A DNA stretch of 64,000 nt from an uncultured Hyphomicrobiales bacterium (GCA_964634885.1 CAZWLN010000011.1:7216-71215); one strand, 5' to 3'; numbered from the stretch's first letter, positions 38,845 to 50,101 are shown. Notes: a model not told the origin generated them from the sequence alone. Numbers and translations are program-made.

Positions 38845-40008
38845 CTATTTACTTTCTGTTGCTTTCACCGGCAGCGTAAAGCTGAACTTTGTCCCTGCCC
38901 CAGGGGCGCTCTCTACCCATATTCTGCCGCCGTGCCTGTCAACGAACTCCTTACACAGTATCAGCCCCAAGCCGGTGCCTTTCTCGTTGTTGGTGCCAAT
39001 CCTTGTAAATACCGAATCGATCCTGAACAGCTTGTCGATATCCGACTGGGGCATTCCTACGCCTGTGTCGGAAACTGAGACCAGGATGAGGTCCTTTGAG
39101 TCCGGGTCGGGCAGGGCAGCAATTGTAATCTTTCCTCCTTCGGGTGTAAACTTGATGGCGTTGGAAACCAGGTTACGCAGAATTGTGTAAACCATGTTGC
39201 TGTCGTAACAGGCAGTCAGGTCTTCATCCACATCAATCTCCAGTGCAATCTTCTTGGCGGCGGCGTTGCCACGAAGCAGGCCTATGGAGTCGGTAATATC
39301 CACTATGATATTGAATTCCTTTGGATTGAACTCCAGTACTCCTCTTTGGAAACGTCCCCATTCCAGCAGTTCCTCGAGGAATTTATACTGGCTGATGAGC
39401 GATTCATACAAAGAGCTGACATATTCGAACACCTCACTGTCGCTGAGGTTCTCATAGTCCTTGACCACAACCTCGGCAATGCCGAGCAGGCTGGAAAACG
39501 GGCTTTTCATGTCGTGGGCAATAATCGAAAGGAATTTGTCCTTGTCCTTGTTCAGCTTGATCAGGTCGGCGTTCTGTGTCTCAATAATTTTCTTGGTGTG
39601 GCTCAGTTCGAGGTGGTTAACCACACGTGCCACAAGTTCCTGGTGGTTGAACGGTTTGGTAATGTAATCCACTCCGCCGACTTCAAAACCTTTGATGATG
39701 TCTTCCTTCTCGTTCAATGCCGTCAGGAATATTACGGGTATATCCTTTGTTTCATCCGATTCCTTAAGTATCCTGCACACTTCGAAACCATCGATTCGGG
39801 GCATTTGTATGTCGAGCAGTATCAGGTCCGGTTTACGTGCCCTGGCAATCTCGATCGCCTGCATGCCGTTGTTGGCGAGAGCAACGTTGAAACCGTTGTG
39901 TTTCAGGGTTGTACCGAGTACCTGAAGATTCTGGGAGATGTCGTCCACAACAAGTACCCTGGAATTCTTGATGATGGTTTCTTTAATTTCTGCATTATTA
40001 GGTTCCAT
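38845..40008 (-). CDS. Hybrid response regulator/histidine kinase (REC-HisKA-HATPase)
   Basis: VVDD, LLDIQMP, YITKPF, AHDMKSP, SNAIKFT, GTGLGL. Confidence 0.93.
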   Translation of the reverse strand: MEPNNAEIKETIIKNSRVLVVDDISQNLQVLGTTLKHNGFNVALANNGMQAIEIARARKPDLILLDIQMPRIDGFEVCRILKESDETKDIPVIFLTALNEKEDIIKGFEVGGVDYITKPFNHQELVARVVNHLELSHTKKIIETQNADLIKLNKDKDKFLSIIAHDMKSPFSSLLGIAEVVVKDYENLSDSEVFEYVSSLYESLISQYKFLEELLEWGRFQRGVLEFNPKEFNIIVDITDSIGLLRGNAAAKKIALEIDVDEDLTACYDSNMVYTILRNLVSNAIKFTPEGGKITIAALPDPDSKDLILVSVSDTGVGMPQSDIDKLFRIDSVFTRIGTNNEKGTGLGLILCKEFVDRHGGRIWVESAPGAGTKFSFTLPVKATESK

Positions 40009-40016
40009 GGCAGCTT

Positions 40017-43000
40017 CTATTCGAGTAATGCAACAAATTCATTAAGTATTAAATTAATATTGTCAAAATTGAATGTCTCACATTCGATATACAGGCGGTT
40101 TGAGTATTCCATCAGCTTCTCGGAATTGCTTTCTTCTGCGATATGCATTATTTCGCCGGCAAATGTTTCAATCTCGTCGATGAACATCGACTGCCTCAAC
40201 TCCTCAGATCTTTCAAGCCACTTCTCCCTGAGCATCATCTTCAAATCTTCGGCAATGGGAGCGCTTTCTTCGATGGACTCCGTTTCAGTTTCAGCTTCAG
40301 GCCCCGGCGCAGACAGATCATTGAAAGCGATGTGCCTCGCAATCTCGGCAATCAGCAACTGCCTCGAAACGGGTTTGATCAGGAAGCCGTCGCAAAGGCT
40401 TTGTATGTCCTTCTCCTTGGTACCAAGCACAGATGCTGTTAATGCAACGACGGGAATGGAGCTGTATTCCTTACTTTGTTTCAAAATGCCTGTTGCTTCC
40501 CAGCCGTCCATTACCGGCATCTGCATATCCATCAGAATCAGTTCGGGACGGATGTTTTCGATTTGCCTCAAAGCATCCCTGCCGTTTTCTGCCTCGATAA
40601 TGTTCAGGTTCGACGCTTCGAGGAATCCTTTCAGGACAGTCCTGTTCGAGGGTATATCTTCGACGATGAGCAGCGTTTTACCCTTGAAATCGAGTTTCAA
40701 TTCCCTGCTTTCGACCATAGGGACATAGGACGCAGGGTCGGCAATTTCTACATCATATAGATATATCTTGAAATTGGACCCTTTGCCGACTTCACTCTCT
40801 ACGGCGATATTGCCGTTCATCATTTCAGTAAGCCTTTTGGTAATCGTCAGTCCCAGGCCTGTACCGCCATACTTACGGGTGTTCTGGCCTTCCTGCTGCC
40901 TGAAAGCTTCGAATATCAGGTTCTGCTGATCGGGGGGGATGCCTTTGCCTGTGTCTGTTACCTCGAATACCAGGTCAACGGCACCGGAGCCGTCCTGGTT
41001 TCCGATATTCCTGATGGAGATGGTAATGCTGCCTTCATCGGTAAACTTAATGGCGTTGCCGACAAGGTTAAGAAGGACCTGGCGCATACGTGCACCGTCC
41101 ATTCGTACGGTTTGTGGCACATCCTTTCTAATGTCAATATCAAATGTCAGTCCTTTCTCTTTGATTTTCAGCCCGAATATCTGCTGCATTTCCTGGCACA
41201 GTTCAGAGAGGTTGACCGTTTCGAGACGAAGCTCGAGCCTGCCGGACTCAATCTTCGACAGGTCGAGAATATCATTAATGAGAGTCAGCAGGTTCTCTCC
41301 GCCGATTCTTATGCCCTGCAGGTATTCCCTGTAAACCGGATCGGGGATGTGTTCCATCAGCAGTTCCGAGAAGCCGAGAATAGCATTCATCGGAGTCCTG
41401 ATCTCATGGCTCATATTGGCTAAGAATTCGGACTTTGCTTTGTTCGCAGTGTCGGCCATTACTTTTGCCCTGCGCAGGAACTCTTCCTGCTGTGAGCGTT
41501 TGATCGAGGCGGCAATGGCGCCGGCAAACATCCTGTAAATGGATATATATGTTTCGGACATTATATATTCAATATTGCAGTCATTAAAGCCGATGATACC
41601 CCAAAATTCATTGTCTATGAAGATGGGCAGGACAATGACGGAGTTAAGGCCGTGTTTCAGCAGCATATTTTCCAGTTTCCTGTTGGCTGACAGATTGCCT
41701 ATGCTTCCGTAGAGTACCGTATCCTGCTTCAATTCGTCGAAGAAAGAAAAGCAGAGGCCCGACGGGATCCTGTCGGATGCTGTGTTGGCGTCGCCGCTGC
41801 TGTTTGAAAGTGTGGAACAGAAAATTTTCGGGGAAGAGTCTTCACTCTCATTTGACTTTTTATTCTCATAAACATAGGAGCAATCGGCGCCGATTGTCCT
41901 GCTGACAACAGACAACGCTTCAGACAGGGATTCGTTGATTTCACTTTTAATCAGCAGAAGGTTACCGGCGTTGGCAACAGCGCTGAGGAGTTTGTCTTTG
42001 TGTTCCAGCTCTTCCTCGGTTTTCTTTCGTACAGTAATCTCATTCTGCAATTCCCAGCTTTTCCATTCCATTTCATTAGCATACTGCTGGATTTTCTTCT
42101 GGTTCATGATTCTGTCGGAGATGTCCCTGTTAATTCCTCTGTACCCCCTCAGAACGCCGGCTTCGTCGATGATGGGGCTGCCGTTTGTTTCAATGAACCT
42201 TTCTTTCCCCGACGAGTCGATCATCCTGCTCTCGTACGAGTTGATCCACTGCTGGTATTTCTTCGAACTGTTCAGGTACTCCCCAACACGGAAAGCTTCC
42301 TGGGCAGCCATGAAATCGAAAGGCTTCCTGCCAAGTACTTCTTCGGCGTCATAGCCCAGAATGTCAGACACCTGTGGGCTGGAATAGACATAGATATCAT
42401 CGCTGTCGATCTCCCATACCCATTCATTAATATTTTCAACTAAGGACCTGTACTTCGACACGCTCTGCCTCACAGCGTCGATGAAGTTCTTTCTTTCGGT
42501 AATATCCTGTGCGATGCCGGCAATTCTGGCAATATCGTGAGACTCGCTGTAAATGGGGAACATTCTGACCCACAGCCACCGGATCTCCCTGTCCGGCTTG
42601 ACGATGCGAATTTCGTCGTCGAACAGGCCGTCGCGGAGGAAGGACTGGGAGTTGAGCTTCCTGAATACTTTGGGTTTGTCCTTCCTGTAAATGAAATTGA
42701 AGATGCTGCTGTTGTTTTCGTACAGGTCATCTATGTTGTGCCCGACAATTTTCGTGAAGGACGGATTGATGTACAGTATCTTATCCTTCGTCATCAGCCA
42801 GAAAATCTCATCTACGTTCTCTGCAAGTTGCCTGAATCTTTCCTCGCTGTCCCTGATGGCTTCTTCGGCTTCTTTCTTTTCGGTAATATCCTTGCAGAAA
42901 ATCAGGTATTCATCGTCTGAGATACGTGTTGCTTCAGAAGATACATAGACCGAGGATTTGTCTTTCCTGATCAGGTAATACTCCGCCTTAGCGCTGCCGG

Positions 43001-43739
43001 TACTGATTAAGGCCTGGAAATGCTCTATTCCCAGGTATCTTGTACCGTCATAGAGAAGTGTCTCGAAGTCCTTGGCTTCCAGTTCAGCCTTGTCATAGCC
43101 TGTCAGTATTGAGGCCGCCCTGTTAACGAGCCTGAAACGCCCGCTTTTGTCGATTATGAATATGGCGTCGAGAGCGTTTTCGATATATGACCTTAGCTTT
43201 TCTTCACTGTTCCTGAGCTTACTTTCGATTATCTTTCTGTGGGTAATGTCTCTTTCAATTCCCATGATGCCGACGATGTCCCCGGTATAATCCCTGATGG
43301 GTGTTTTGTATTTCTCTACCCAGATGTAGCCGTACTGGCTGTCGAGCGCTTCTTCGATGAGGATGTCAACGCCGTTGTTCATTATCTGGATCTCTTCTTC
43401 CCGGTATTTTTGTGCAATAACATAATCACAGAGGTCCCTGTCGGTTTTACCGACAATATTCTCCGGGGCCTGGTCGTAGAAATCGCAGTAGGATTTATTA
43501 ACAGCTACATATCTGCCGTTTTTGTCCTTGACCCAGGCAATGAAAGGGAGGAAAGAAAGCAGCCTTGCCGTGTTGGAAGGGTCCAGATCGGCTTGTCCTT
43601 TCGGCTGGGGAAAACCCCTTGCCGAAGCCTGTAGATCAGCTGTAGCCTTCAGTTCTTCCAATTTCCGAAAGACAAGGTCCCTGTCGGTACTGCCGTCTTT
43701 CAGCAATTCAATGACCTCATCTATTCGGGCTTCTATCAT
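40017..43739 (-). CDS. Multi-PAS/GAF hybrid histidine kinase with receiver
   Basis: Four PAS-PAC repeats, GAF-like segment, ANMSHEIRTP, GGTGLGL, LMDMQMP. Start at MIEARID preferred. Confidence 0.92.
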   Translation of the reverse strand: MIEARIDEVIELLKDGSTDRDLVFRKLEELKATADLQASARGFPQPKGQADLDPSNTARLLSFLPFIAWVKDKNGRYVAVNKSYCDFYDQAPENIVGKTDRDLCDYVIAQKYREEEIQIMNNGVDILIEEALDSQYGYIWVEKYKTPIRDYTGDIVGIMGIERDITHRKIIESKLRNSEEKLRSYIENALDAIFIIDKSGRFRLVNRAASILTGYDKAELEAKDFETLLYDGTRYLGIEHFQALISTGSAKAEYYLIRKDKSSVYVSSEATRISDDEYLIFCKDITEKKEAEEAIRDSEERFRQLAENVDEIFWLMTKDKILYINPSFTKIVGHNIDDLYENNSSIFNFIYRKDKPKVFRKLNSQSFLRDGLFDDEIRIVKPDREIRWLWVRMFPIYSESHDIARIAGIAQDITERKNFIDAVRQSVSKYRSLVENINEWVWEIDSDDIYVYSSPQVSDILGYDAEEVLGRKPFDFMAAQEAFRVGEYLNSSKKYQQWINSYESRMIDSSGKERFIETNGSPIIDEAGVLRGYRGINRDISDRIMNQKKIQQYANEMEWKSWELQNEITVRKKTEEELEHKDKLLSAVANAGNLLLIKSEINESLSEALSVVSRTIGADCSYVYENKKSNESEDSSPKIFCSTLSNSSGDANTASDRIPSGLCFSFFDELKQDTVLYGSIGNLSANRKLENMLLKHGLNSVIVLPIFIDNEFWGIIGFNDCNIEYIMSETYISIYRMFAGAIAASIKRSQQEEFLRRAKVMADTANKAKSEFLANMSHEIRTPMNAILGFSELLMEHIPDPVYREYLQGIRIGGENLLTLINDILDLSKIESGRLELRLETVNLSELCQEMQQIFGLKIKEKGLTFDIDIRKDVPQTVRMDGARMRQVLLNLVGNAIKFTDEGSITISIRNIGNQDGSGAVDLVFEVTDTGKGIPPDQQNLIFEAFRQQEGQNTRKYGGTGLGLTITKRLTEMMNGNIAVESEVGKGSNFKIYLYDVEIADPASYVPMVESRELKLDFKGKTLLIVEDIPSNRTVLKGFLEASNLNIIEAENGRDALRQIENIRPELILMDMQMPVMDGWEATGILKQSKEYSSIPVVALTASVLGTKEKDIQSLCDGFLIKPVSRQLLIAEIARHIAFNDLSAPGPEAETETESIEESAPIAEDLKMMLREKWLERSEELRQSMFIDEIETFAGEIMHIAEESNSEKLMEYSNRLYIECETFNFDNINLILNEFVALLE

Positions 43740-44026
43740 TAACTCTCCGAAAAAAAACAAAAGCGGCTCTTGAAACCAAGCCTTCTATTATCTCCCACTA
43801 TTAGATTATCTGAGTTTCAAATATATTAATCTATTTCAAATAACCCACATTACTTTTCATACAAATATCGGTTTTGATATTGTAATCTTAATACTCATCA
43901 ACATAATGCCAAAATTAATAATAAATTTATATAAGTGCCGATAATATTTATTGGTATAGTTTTTTCTTAACATATATCGATGGTAATAATTTACCATGAG
44001 TAATGTTCAATATTATTGAAAATTAG

Positions 44027-46954
44027 ATGAATAAGATAATATATATAATAATGCTTCTGGTTCAGGCCTGGCCTTCAGTGTCCGGAGCCGTTACAAATGC
44101 CGGTGGCGGGGAAGCAAAGCTGGAAGCCTATTCACCGCTGCTGTACTCCACATTCTTTGGCGGCAGCGGCAGCGACGGGATTGCAGGTGTTACCGTCAGC
44201 GGCAATTACCTTTACATAGTCGGAGTTACAGACGCAGCGGTTCCGGTTACCAAAGGCGCCCTGCAAAACAGCAGCCAAGGCGGAAAAGATATATTCATTG
44301 CAAAGTTCAATTATAAGAACGGGGCTGTCTCCGGCCTGGCCTGGTCCACCATGCTGGGTGGCAGCGGAGATGACCTGCCTGCCGCCATTGCTGTTGACGG
44401 CAGCGGTAAAATATACATCGCCGGGACTACCGGTTCCACGGACTTTCCTACAGGTACTGATTCCTGGCAGGGAGCTTCGGGCGGCTCGAACGATGCTTTC
44501 CTGGCTGTCCTGTCTCCACTGGCGGCAGACAGTTACACCCTGTCGTTTCTGTCATACATCGGTGGAACGGGCAAAGACAGTGTTTCGGGAATGATCGCCG
44601 ACAACGGAAGAGTCTATCTTGCCGGCACTACCGCTTCAGCAGATTTCCCGATTACAAAAGGTGCATACAACGAAAACCCAAACGGTGAAGATGAAGTTTT
44701 CCTGAGCATTTTCGATGTCAGTTCTCTGTCGGAGGTAAAACTGCTGTATTCTACCTATTTCGGGGGGGACAAATCGGACGCTGCCGGTTCGCTTGCTCTC
44801 GACAGTACAGGCAACATCATCGTTGCAGGTAACACGGAGTCTGATGATTTACCTGTTACCGGCGGTGCATTCTCCGGCAAATTCAACGGCAATTCCCAGG
44901 ACGGCTTCATCATAATCATACATCCGGCTTCAGGCGGCTCATCCGACCTGAGATATTCTTCATACTTCGGCGGTAACGGCGATGACTATATTACCTGCGC
45001 TTCAGCCGGTGAGAACGGCAATGTCATCTTTGCCGGCAACACCAATTCCCTGAACCTGCCCACAACAAACGACGCTTACTTCAAATCTTCCCTGAGCAAT
45101 TCGGATATTTTCATCGGAAGATTAAGCCCGGAAGGCAATGGTACCAAAGACCTTGCCTACCTGACATACTTCGGAGGCATATCCAACGATAAGATATATT
45201 CATTCGCTACGGATAATAACGGATTCGTTACTTTTACCGGCAGTACCGAATCGTTGAATTATCCCGCCACTACAGGTTCATACGACAGGACCTACAACGG
45301 CATGAAAGATATGTATATTACTAAGCTGAACATCATGGACAATATCGACAGGATCCTTGAGTACTCGGCTTTCATCGGCGCCAACAGGAATGAAACGGGC
45401 CTGAAGATTGTTGCGGACGAAGATTACAGGTATATTCTCGGTGGTTTTACCGACTCCAGGCAGTTCCCTGTCAGCACCGGCGCTTACGATTCTGTTTACG
45501 ACAACGGAACGGACGGCGTAGTTTGTGAATTTTACCTGATCCCGCTGAAGATTGCCTCTGTTTCCGGCACAAAACTGTGCTGTGGCGACAGCCTGACGGT
45601 CTATTACACTGCAGGAGACTACCAGGACGACAATGTATTCACCTTTGAACTGTCGGACTCAGCCGGACAGTTTACAGTTCCATACCAATTGGGAACGCTC
45701 CTGGCTGAAAGCTCGGGAGTGTTTGGCTGCCGAATCCCCGCCAGCCTTCCTTACTCGGATAGATACAGGCTGAGAGTCAGGTCTTCGAATCCCTGGAACA
45801 TATTCTACACCGCAGCGGGCTACCTTACTATTGCACCTGTTCCGGCCCCTACTCTCGGTTCATTCGAAGACATCTGCTTCAACGAACCGCCCCTGCTCCT
45901 TACAGGAGGTATGCCGGAAGGCGGTGAATACAGCGGCAGCGGTGTTAACGGCGGCTATTTCTATCCCACCGAAGCAGGCCCCGGCGTCCACCCTGTACTG
46001 TACTCCGTCAGCAACGAATTCGGATGCAGCGGTACGGCTGTAAGCTACATTACTGTACGGCAACTGCCTCCGACTCCGGTAATAACATACATTAACGGGC
46101 GCCTTGTTTCCACCATTGCCGACGGGAACCAATGGTACCTCGACGGGAAAAAGATCGCGGGAGAAGTAAACGATACCCTCATACCCTCCAGGCTGGGCAG
46201 CTACACCGCCACAGTAACAAATGAGTACGGCTGCGAGTCATTCCATTCCAACCCATTCATCTACAACATTAAGGACACTGTACCCGAATTTTCCTTCGGC
46301 ACAGGCGACTACGCCGCTGAACCCGGACAGATAATAAAAATCCCGGTTTACCTGAAGAATGACAAGAACCTGAAAACATACGGAATAAAGAATATATTGC
46401 TGACAGTCAGTTTCAATGCTACCCTGCTGGAACCATGGTACGGTACGCCTGCGGGATATGTCAGGGACGGGCAGAGGATCATCGAGGCAGAGTGCCCGAC
46501 AGACTCGTTGAAAAACGGCATACTGAAGGAACTGGTGTTCAGGGCAACCCTCGGAAACGACACTTCCACTACAATAGTCATTAAAGATGCCGGTTCCACT
46601 CTCGGCAGCTTCGAATACACTACCAGGCCGTCTGTTTTCTATCTGCTCGGTGTGTGTCACGCCGACGGCCTGAGGCTTGTCGGCTCATTCGGCAGGACAG
46701 AACTGCTTGTTCCCACACCTAATCCTGCATCATCCTCATGTGTGGTTGAATACGAGATTGTCGAGAAGGGCAGGGTCCGGCTGTACATCCTTTCATCGGC
46801 GGGCAGTGTAACGAAAACGATACTCGACGAGCAACTGGAACCGGGCAGGCGCAAATTAACCGTTGACACCGAAGGCATACCTTCCGGCAATTACTTCCTC
46901 ATCATGGAGACTCCTGCAAAGAAGCGGGTTACAAGGCTCAGCATAGTCAAATAA
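44027..46954 (+). CDS. SBBP-repeat beta-propeller protein with Ig and cohesin-like domains and T9SS CTD
   Basis: Seven YSTxFGGxG-type repeats; GGEYSG Ig-like unit; IKIPVYLKN...VSFNATLLEP; PNPASS...IPSGNYFL CTD. Confidence 0.82.
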   Translation: MNKIIYIIMLLVQAWPSVSGAVTNAGGGEAKLEAYSPLLYSTFFGGSGSDGIAGVTVSGNYLYIVGVTDAAVPVTKGALQNSSQGGKDIFIAKFNYKNGAVSGLAWSTMLGGSGDDLPAAIAVDGSGKIYIAGTTGSTDFPTGTDSWQGASGGSNDAFLAVLSPLAADSYTLSFLSYIGGTGKDSVSGMIADNGRVYLAGTTASADFPITKGAYNENPNGEDEVFLSIFDVSSLSEVKLLYSTYFGGDKSDAAGSLALDSTGNIIVAGNTESDDLPVTGGAFSGKFNGNSQDGFIIIIHPASGGSSDLRYSSYFGGNGDDYITCASAGENGNVIFAGNTNSLNLPTTNDAYFKSSLSNSDIFIGRLSPEGNGTKDLAYLTYFGGISNDKIYSFATDNNGFVTFTGSTESLNYPATTGSYDRTYNGMKDMYITKLNIMDNIDRILEYSAFIGANRNETGLKIVADEDYRYILGGFTDSRQFPVSTGAYDSVYDNGTDGVVCEFYLIPLKIASVSGTKLCCGDSLTVYYTAGDYQDDNVFTFELSDSAGQFTVPYQLGTLLAESSGVFGCRIPASLPYSDRYRLRVRSSNPWNIFYTAAGYLTIAPVPAPTLGSFEDICFNEPPLLLTGGMPEGGEYSGSGVNGGYFYPTEAGPGVHPVLYSVSNEFGCSGTAVSYITVRQLPPTPVITYINGRLVSTIADGNQWYLDGKKIAGEVNDTLIPSRLGSYTATVTNEYGCESFHSNPFIYNIKDTVPEFSFGTGDYAAEPGQIIKIPVYLKNDKNLKTYGIKNILLTVSFNATLLEPWYGTPAGYVRDGQRIIEAECPTDSLKNGILKELVFRATLGNDTSTTIVIKDAGSTLGSFEYTTRPSVFYLLGVCHADGLRLVGSFGRTELLVPTPNPASSSCVVEYEIVEKGRVRLYILSSAGSVTKTILDEQLEPGRRKLTVDTEGIPSGNYFLIMETPAKKRVTRLSIVK

Positions 46955-47119
46955 TAACTGTCGGTTCTTTCATGTTATAAATATTTTGCATGCGCCTGTT
47001 ATAATATAATTATTACTTATGCGTTTATATTTTTTTTACATTAATGGGGCACTATCGTAAGAAGTTCTACATAGTATTTTAGCTTTAGTATGTTGTTTTA
47101 TTATTATGCTGAGGTATCT

Positions 47120-48517
47120 ATGTTCACTAAGCAAATTGCCGGAATAGCACTATTCCTTTTGATCAGCAGCGCTTCCCTTTTTAGCGCCGGTTTGAAAGAC
47201 ATTATCAACCAGGCAGACTACCTGATTATTACTACCGAAGCTTTCAGGGATGGAACAGAAGAACTTGCTTCCTGGAGGAGGAACGAAGGGTTTACCGTCA
47301 GAACAGTAACAATACCTGAAATACAAGCCGATTTTCCCAACGAACAACTTTCCGGTTCAATTCGCGAGTTTATCAGCTACACACTTACATACTGGACTCA
47401 GCCCAAACCCCGCTATATACTTCTTGCGGGCGGCGTTGCCATTGTACCGCCCTTCAGGGTAGCCGGCGAATTCGACGAAGACAGTGTCAGTGTCGATGGT
47501 TATTATGCAATCAACCTGAACCAGGACGACATGGACCAGGATGTATCTCTCGGCAGGCTCCCTTTCAAGGACGGTACCGAACTGGCAAACATGATCGGGA
47601 AAATCAAAACATTTGAAAATCCTGAGAATAAGGATCGATACAAAACCGACTTCTTTATTACTGCCGACAGTGGTGATTACGGCTATTTGGAACAATTTGC
47701 CGAAAAACTGGCTGAAGAAACAATACCTTCATACCTTCGCGTGGACAGGCTCTATCTTGCCCAGGGTACACAGTACTCGGGCACAAAGGCGGACTATATC
47801 AACAAACTGAACGACGGCACATATTATTTAATAAATATATTTCACGCTAATCCGAGAGTGTGGGCAAGAGGAATGTTGCTGTCATCAGCGGAAATCAACC
47901 CCGGCAATATCCATGGCGCCCCGGCTATTAACCTCATGATCGGCTGTTCGCAGGATTTTGACAGTATTCAAGCCCCATCGATAATCGAGAAAATGATGAG
48001 CCTTGAAAACAGTGGCCTTGTAGCAAGCTACGCTTCGGTAGGAATGAATTATGCTCAAATAGCATATAAGAGGATTCAGGATTTTCTGAAAAGCGCTATC
48101 TATGGTGCTGAATTAAGGATTGGCGACGTCATAGCGACATGCCCGAAAGAAACCAACATTCAAGAAGCGAAATATTTACTCAGGTTAACCCTGCTTGGCG
48201 ATCCGGCCATGAAACTGCCGCAATGGGCAAAAGCGCCGGTCGAAGACGACAACAGCGCTGCCGGGGATATTGCCCTGGACCTTTCACCTAACCCATTCAG
48301 CGAATTTGTTAATGTGAAAATCGCAATCGGTTCTGAGAACCGGGTCCTGCTTGAGCTCTACGACCTGCTGGGGAACCGTATTGCAGAGTTGAACAATTCT
48401 GTCCTGCAGCCGGGCAACTACAGTTTCCCCTGGCACAGCAACGGCAGCGGAGCAGTGATATGCAGGCTGACTGCGGGCAACAGCGTCGTCTCTAAGATGG
48501 TTGTTTGTATAAGATAG
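47120..48517 (+). CDS. Peptidase C25 (gingipain-like) with T9SS CTD, paralog 1
   Basis: DYLIIT, PRYILLAGG, VSLGRLP, His (FHAN) and Cys (IGCS), TLLGDPAM, PNPFS CTD. Confidence 0.88.
   Translation: MFTKQIAGIALFLLISSASLFSAGLKDIINQADYLIITTEAFRDGTEELASWRRNEGFTVRTVTIPEIQADFPNEQLSGSIREFISYTLTYWTQPKPRYILLAGGVAIVPPFRVAGEFDEDSVSVDGYYAINLNQDDMDQDVSLGRLPFKDGTELANMIGKIKTFENPENKDRYKTDFFITADSGDYGYLEQFAEKLAEETIPSYLRVDRLYLAQGTQYSGTKADYINKLNDGTYYLINIFHANPRVWARGMLLSSAEINPGNIHGAPAINLMIGCSQDFDSIQAPSIIEKMMSLENSGLVASYASVGMNYAQIAYKRIQDFLKSAIYGAELRIGDVIATCPKETNIQEAKYLLRLTLLGDPAMKLPQWAKAPVEDDNSAAGDIALDLSPNPFSEFVNVKIAIGSENRVLLELYDLLGNRIAELNNSVLQPGNYSFPWHSNGSGAVICRLTAGNSVVSKMVVCIR
48236..48484 (+). repeat. Near-identical CTD-coding direct repeat, copy 1
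   Basis: Matches 49820-50068 with 3 mismatches; 48296-48484 is identical to 49880-50068 (189 bp). Confidence 0.92.
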
Positions 48518-48706
48518 CTTTTCGTTTCCAGAATGACTTAACAAAGACAATAAAAGACCAACGGAACAATTGTTCGTTTTGCCTGGGGAAAAAAAAGAAT
48601 TATTATCACTTTTACCTTTTTACATTCCCGGGCTGGTTTATCGGGTATTGTTCTACATAATTGTTCAGCTTTAGTATGTTTTTAAATTATTATGGCAGAG
48701 GTATGT

Positions 48707-50101
48707 ATGTCTCTCAGAAAGATCACCTGTATATTACTATTCCTTATATCTTTTAGTACATCGGTCTGTTATGCAAACCTCAAGGATACGAACAACCAGG
48801 CAGATTACCTTATCATTACAACGGAAGAGTACAGCAATCAGATGGAAGAACTTGCCTCCTGGAGGAAAAACGAAGGATTCACTGTCAAAACGGTTACTAT
48901 ACCTGAAATACAGGAAAACTTTCCCGACGAACAGCTCTCAATGTCAATTCGCAAATTCATCAGCCATACACTTACATACTGGCAGAAACCTGTTCCCCGC
49001 TATATCCTTCTCGCCGGAGGTATTCCATTGATACCGTCAATATTGGATTATAGCTATGTTGATAAGGACAGCATCAGCATCGACGGCTATTATGCAATCA
49101 ATATAAATGAAAATGATGTCATTCCGGACATAGCAATCGGCAGGTTGCCATTCAGGGACGGAGCAGAACTTGCAAACATGATCAGTAAAATTAAAACATT
49201 TGAAACTATTGATTTTGAAAAAGCTTACAAAAAGGATTTCCAGATTACCGTTGACAGTGCCGGCTTCGAAAATTTTAAATACTATTCTGATGATTTGATA
49301 AAAAATATAATTCCTTCACACCTACGTGTTGACACATTGTATTTAATACCGGGTACTCAATGTTCCGGCGAAAAGCAGGATTTCATCGATAAAATAAACT
49401 ATGGCGTTGTCTATTTGGCTAACTTTTTCCATGGGAATCCGGGAGTGTGGGGAATGAAAACAGTGCTTACTTCTGCTGATATTAACAGTGGGGCCATTCA
49501 CGGACCACCTTCTATAAATGTAGCTCTATCCTGCAGCCAGCGATACGACGACATCCATACCCCATCACTTATCGAAAAGTTGATGAGCCTCGGAAACAGC
49601 GGCCTTGTCGCGAGTTACGCTTCGGTTGGATTAATCTATGGCTCCTATTCCTACTTTAATATGGAAGGCTTTTTTATTAATGCACTTAATAGTACTTTCA
49701 CAAGAATTGGAGATGTGGTACTTAAAAGCAAAAAAAACACCGGAGCAGATATTGAATATGCCAAAAGGCACAATCTGCTTGGCGATCCGGCCTTAAAACT
49801 ACCGCAATGGCTTAAAGCACCGGTCGAAGAAGACAACAGCGCTGCCGGGGATATTGCCCTGGACCTTTCACCCAACCCCTTCAGCGAATTTGTTAATGTG
49901 AAAATCGCAATCGGTTCTGAGAACCGGGTCCTGCTTGAGCTCTACGACCTGCTGGGGAACCGTATTGCAGAGTTGAACAATTCTGTCCTGCAGCCGGGCA
50001 ACTACAGTTTCCCCTGGCACAGCAACGGCAGCGGAGCAGTGATATGCAGGCTGACTGCGGGCAACAGCACAGTCTCGAAAATGATTACATGTATTAAATA
50101 G
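48707..50101 (+). CDS. Peptidase C25 (gingipain-like) with T9SS CTD, paralog 2
   Basis: DYLIIT, PRYILLAGG, IAIGRLP, FHGN, LSCS, HNLLGDPAL. Confidence 0.88.
   Translation: MSLRKITCILLFLISFSTSVCYANLKDTNNQADYLIITTEEYSNQMEELASWRKNEGFTVKTVTIPEIQENFPDEQLSMSIRKFISHTLTYWQKPVPRYILLAGGIPLIPSILDYSYVDKDSISIDGYYAININENDVIPDIAIGRLPFRDGAELANMISKIKTFETIDFEKAYKKDFQITVDSAGFENFKYYSDDLIKNIIPSHLRVDTLYLIPGTQCSGEKQDFIDKINYGVVYLANFFHGNPGVWGMKTVLTSADINSGAIHGPPSINVALSCSQRYDDIHTPSLIEKLMSLGNSGLVASYASVGLIYGSYSYFNMEGFFINALNSTFTRIGDVVLKSKKNTGADIEYAKRHNLLGDPALKLPQWLKAPVEEDNSAAGDIALDLSPNPFSEFVNVKIAIGSENRVLLELYDLLGNRIAELNNSVLQPGNYSFPWHSNGSGAVICRLTAGNSTVSKMITCIK
49820..50068 (+). repeat. Near-identical CTD-coding direct repeat, copy 2
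   Basis: Offset 1584 bp from copy 1. Confidence 0.92.

Noticed and set aside
38388-38879. Short ORFs (88, 73 and 68 aa) in cluster A, and similar ones in clusters B and C
   Set aside because: They lie wholly within repeat modules; their similar translations (e.g. MDSTSQVES/MDSTSEVES) just reflect the DNA hairpins.
39346-40728. 460-aa plus-strand ORF
   Set aside because: It is an antisense shadow of two well-supported kinase genes and has no recognisable motifs. The many other short overlapping ORFs in the track are rejected on the same grounds.
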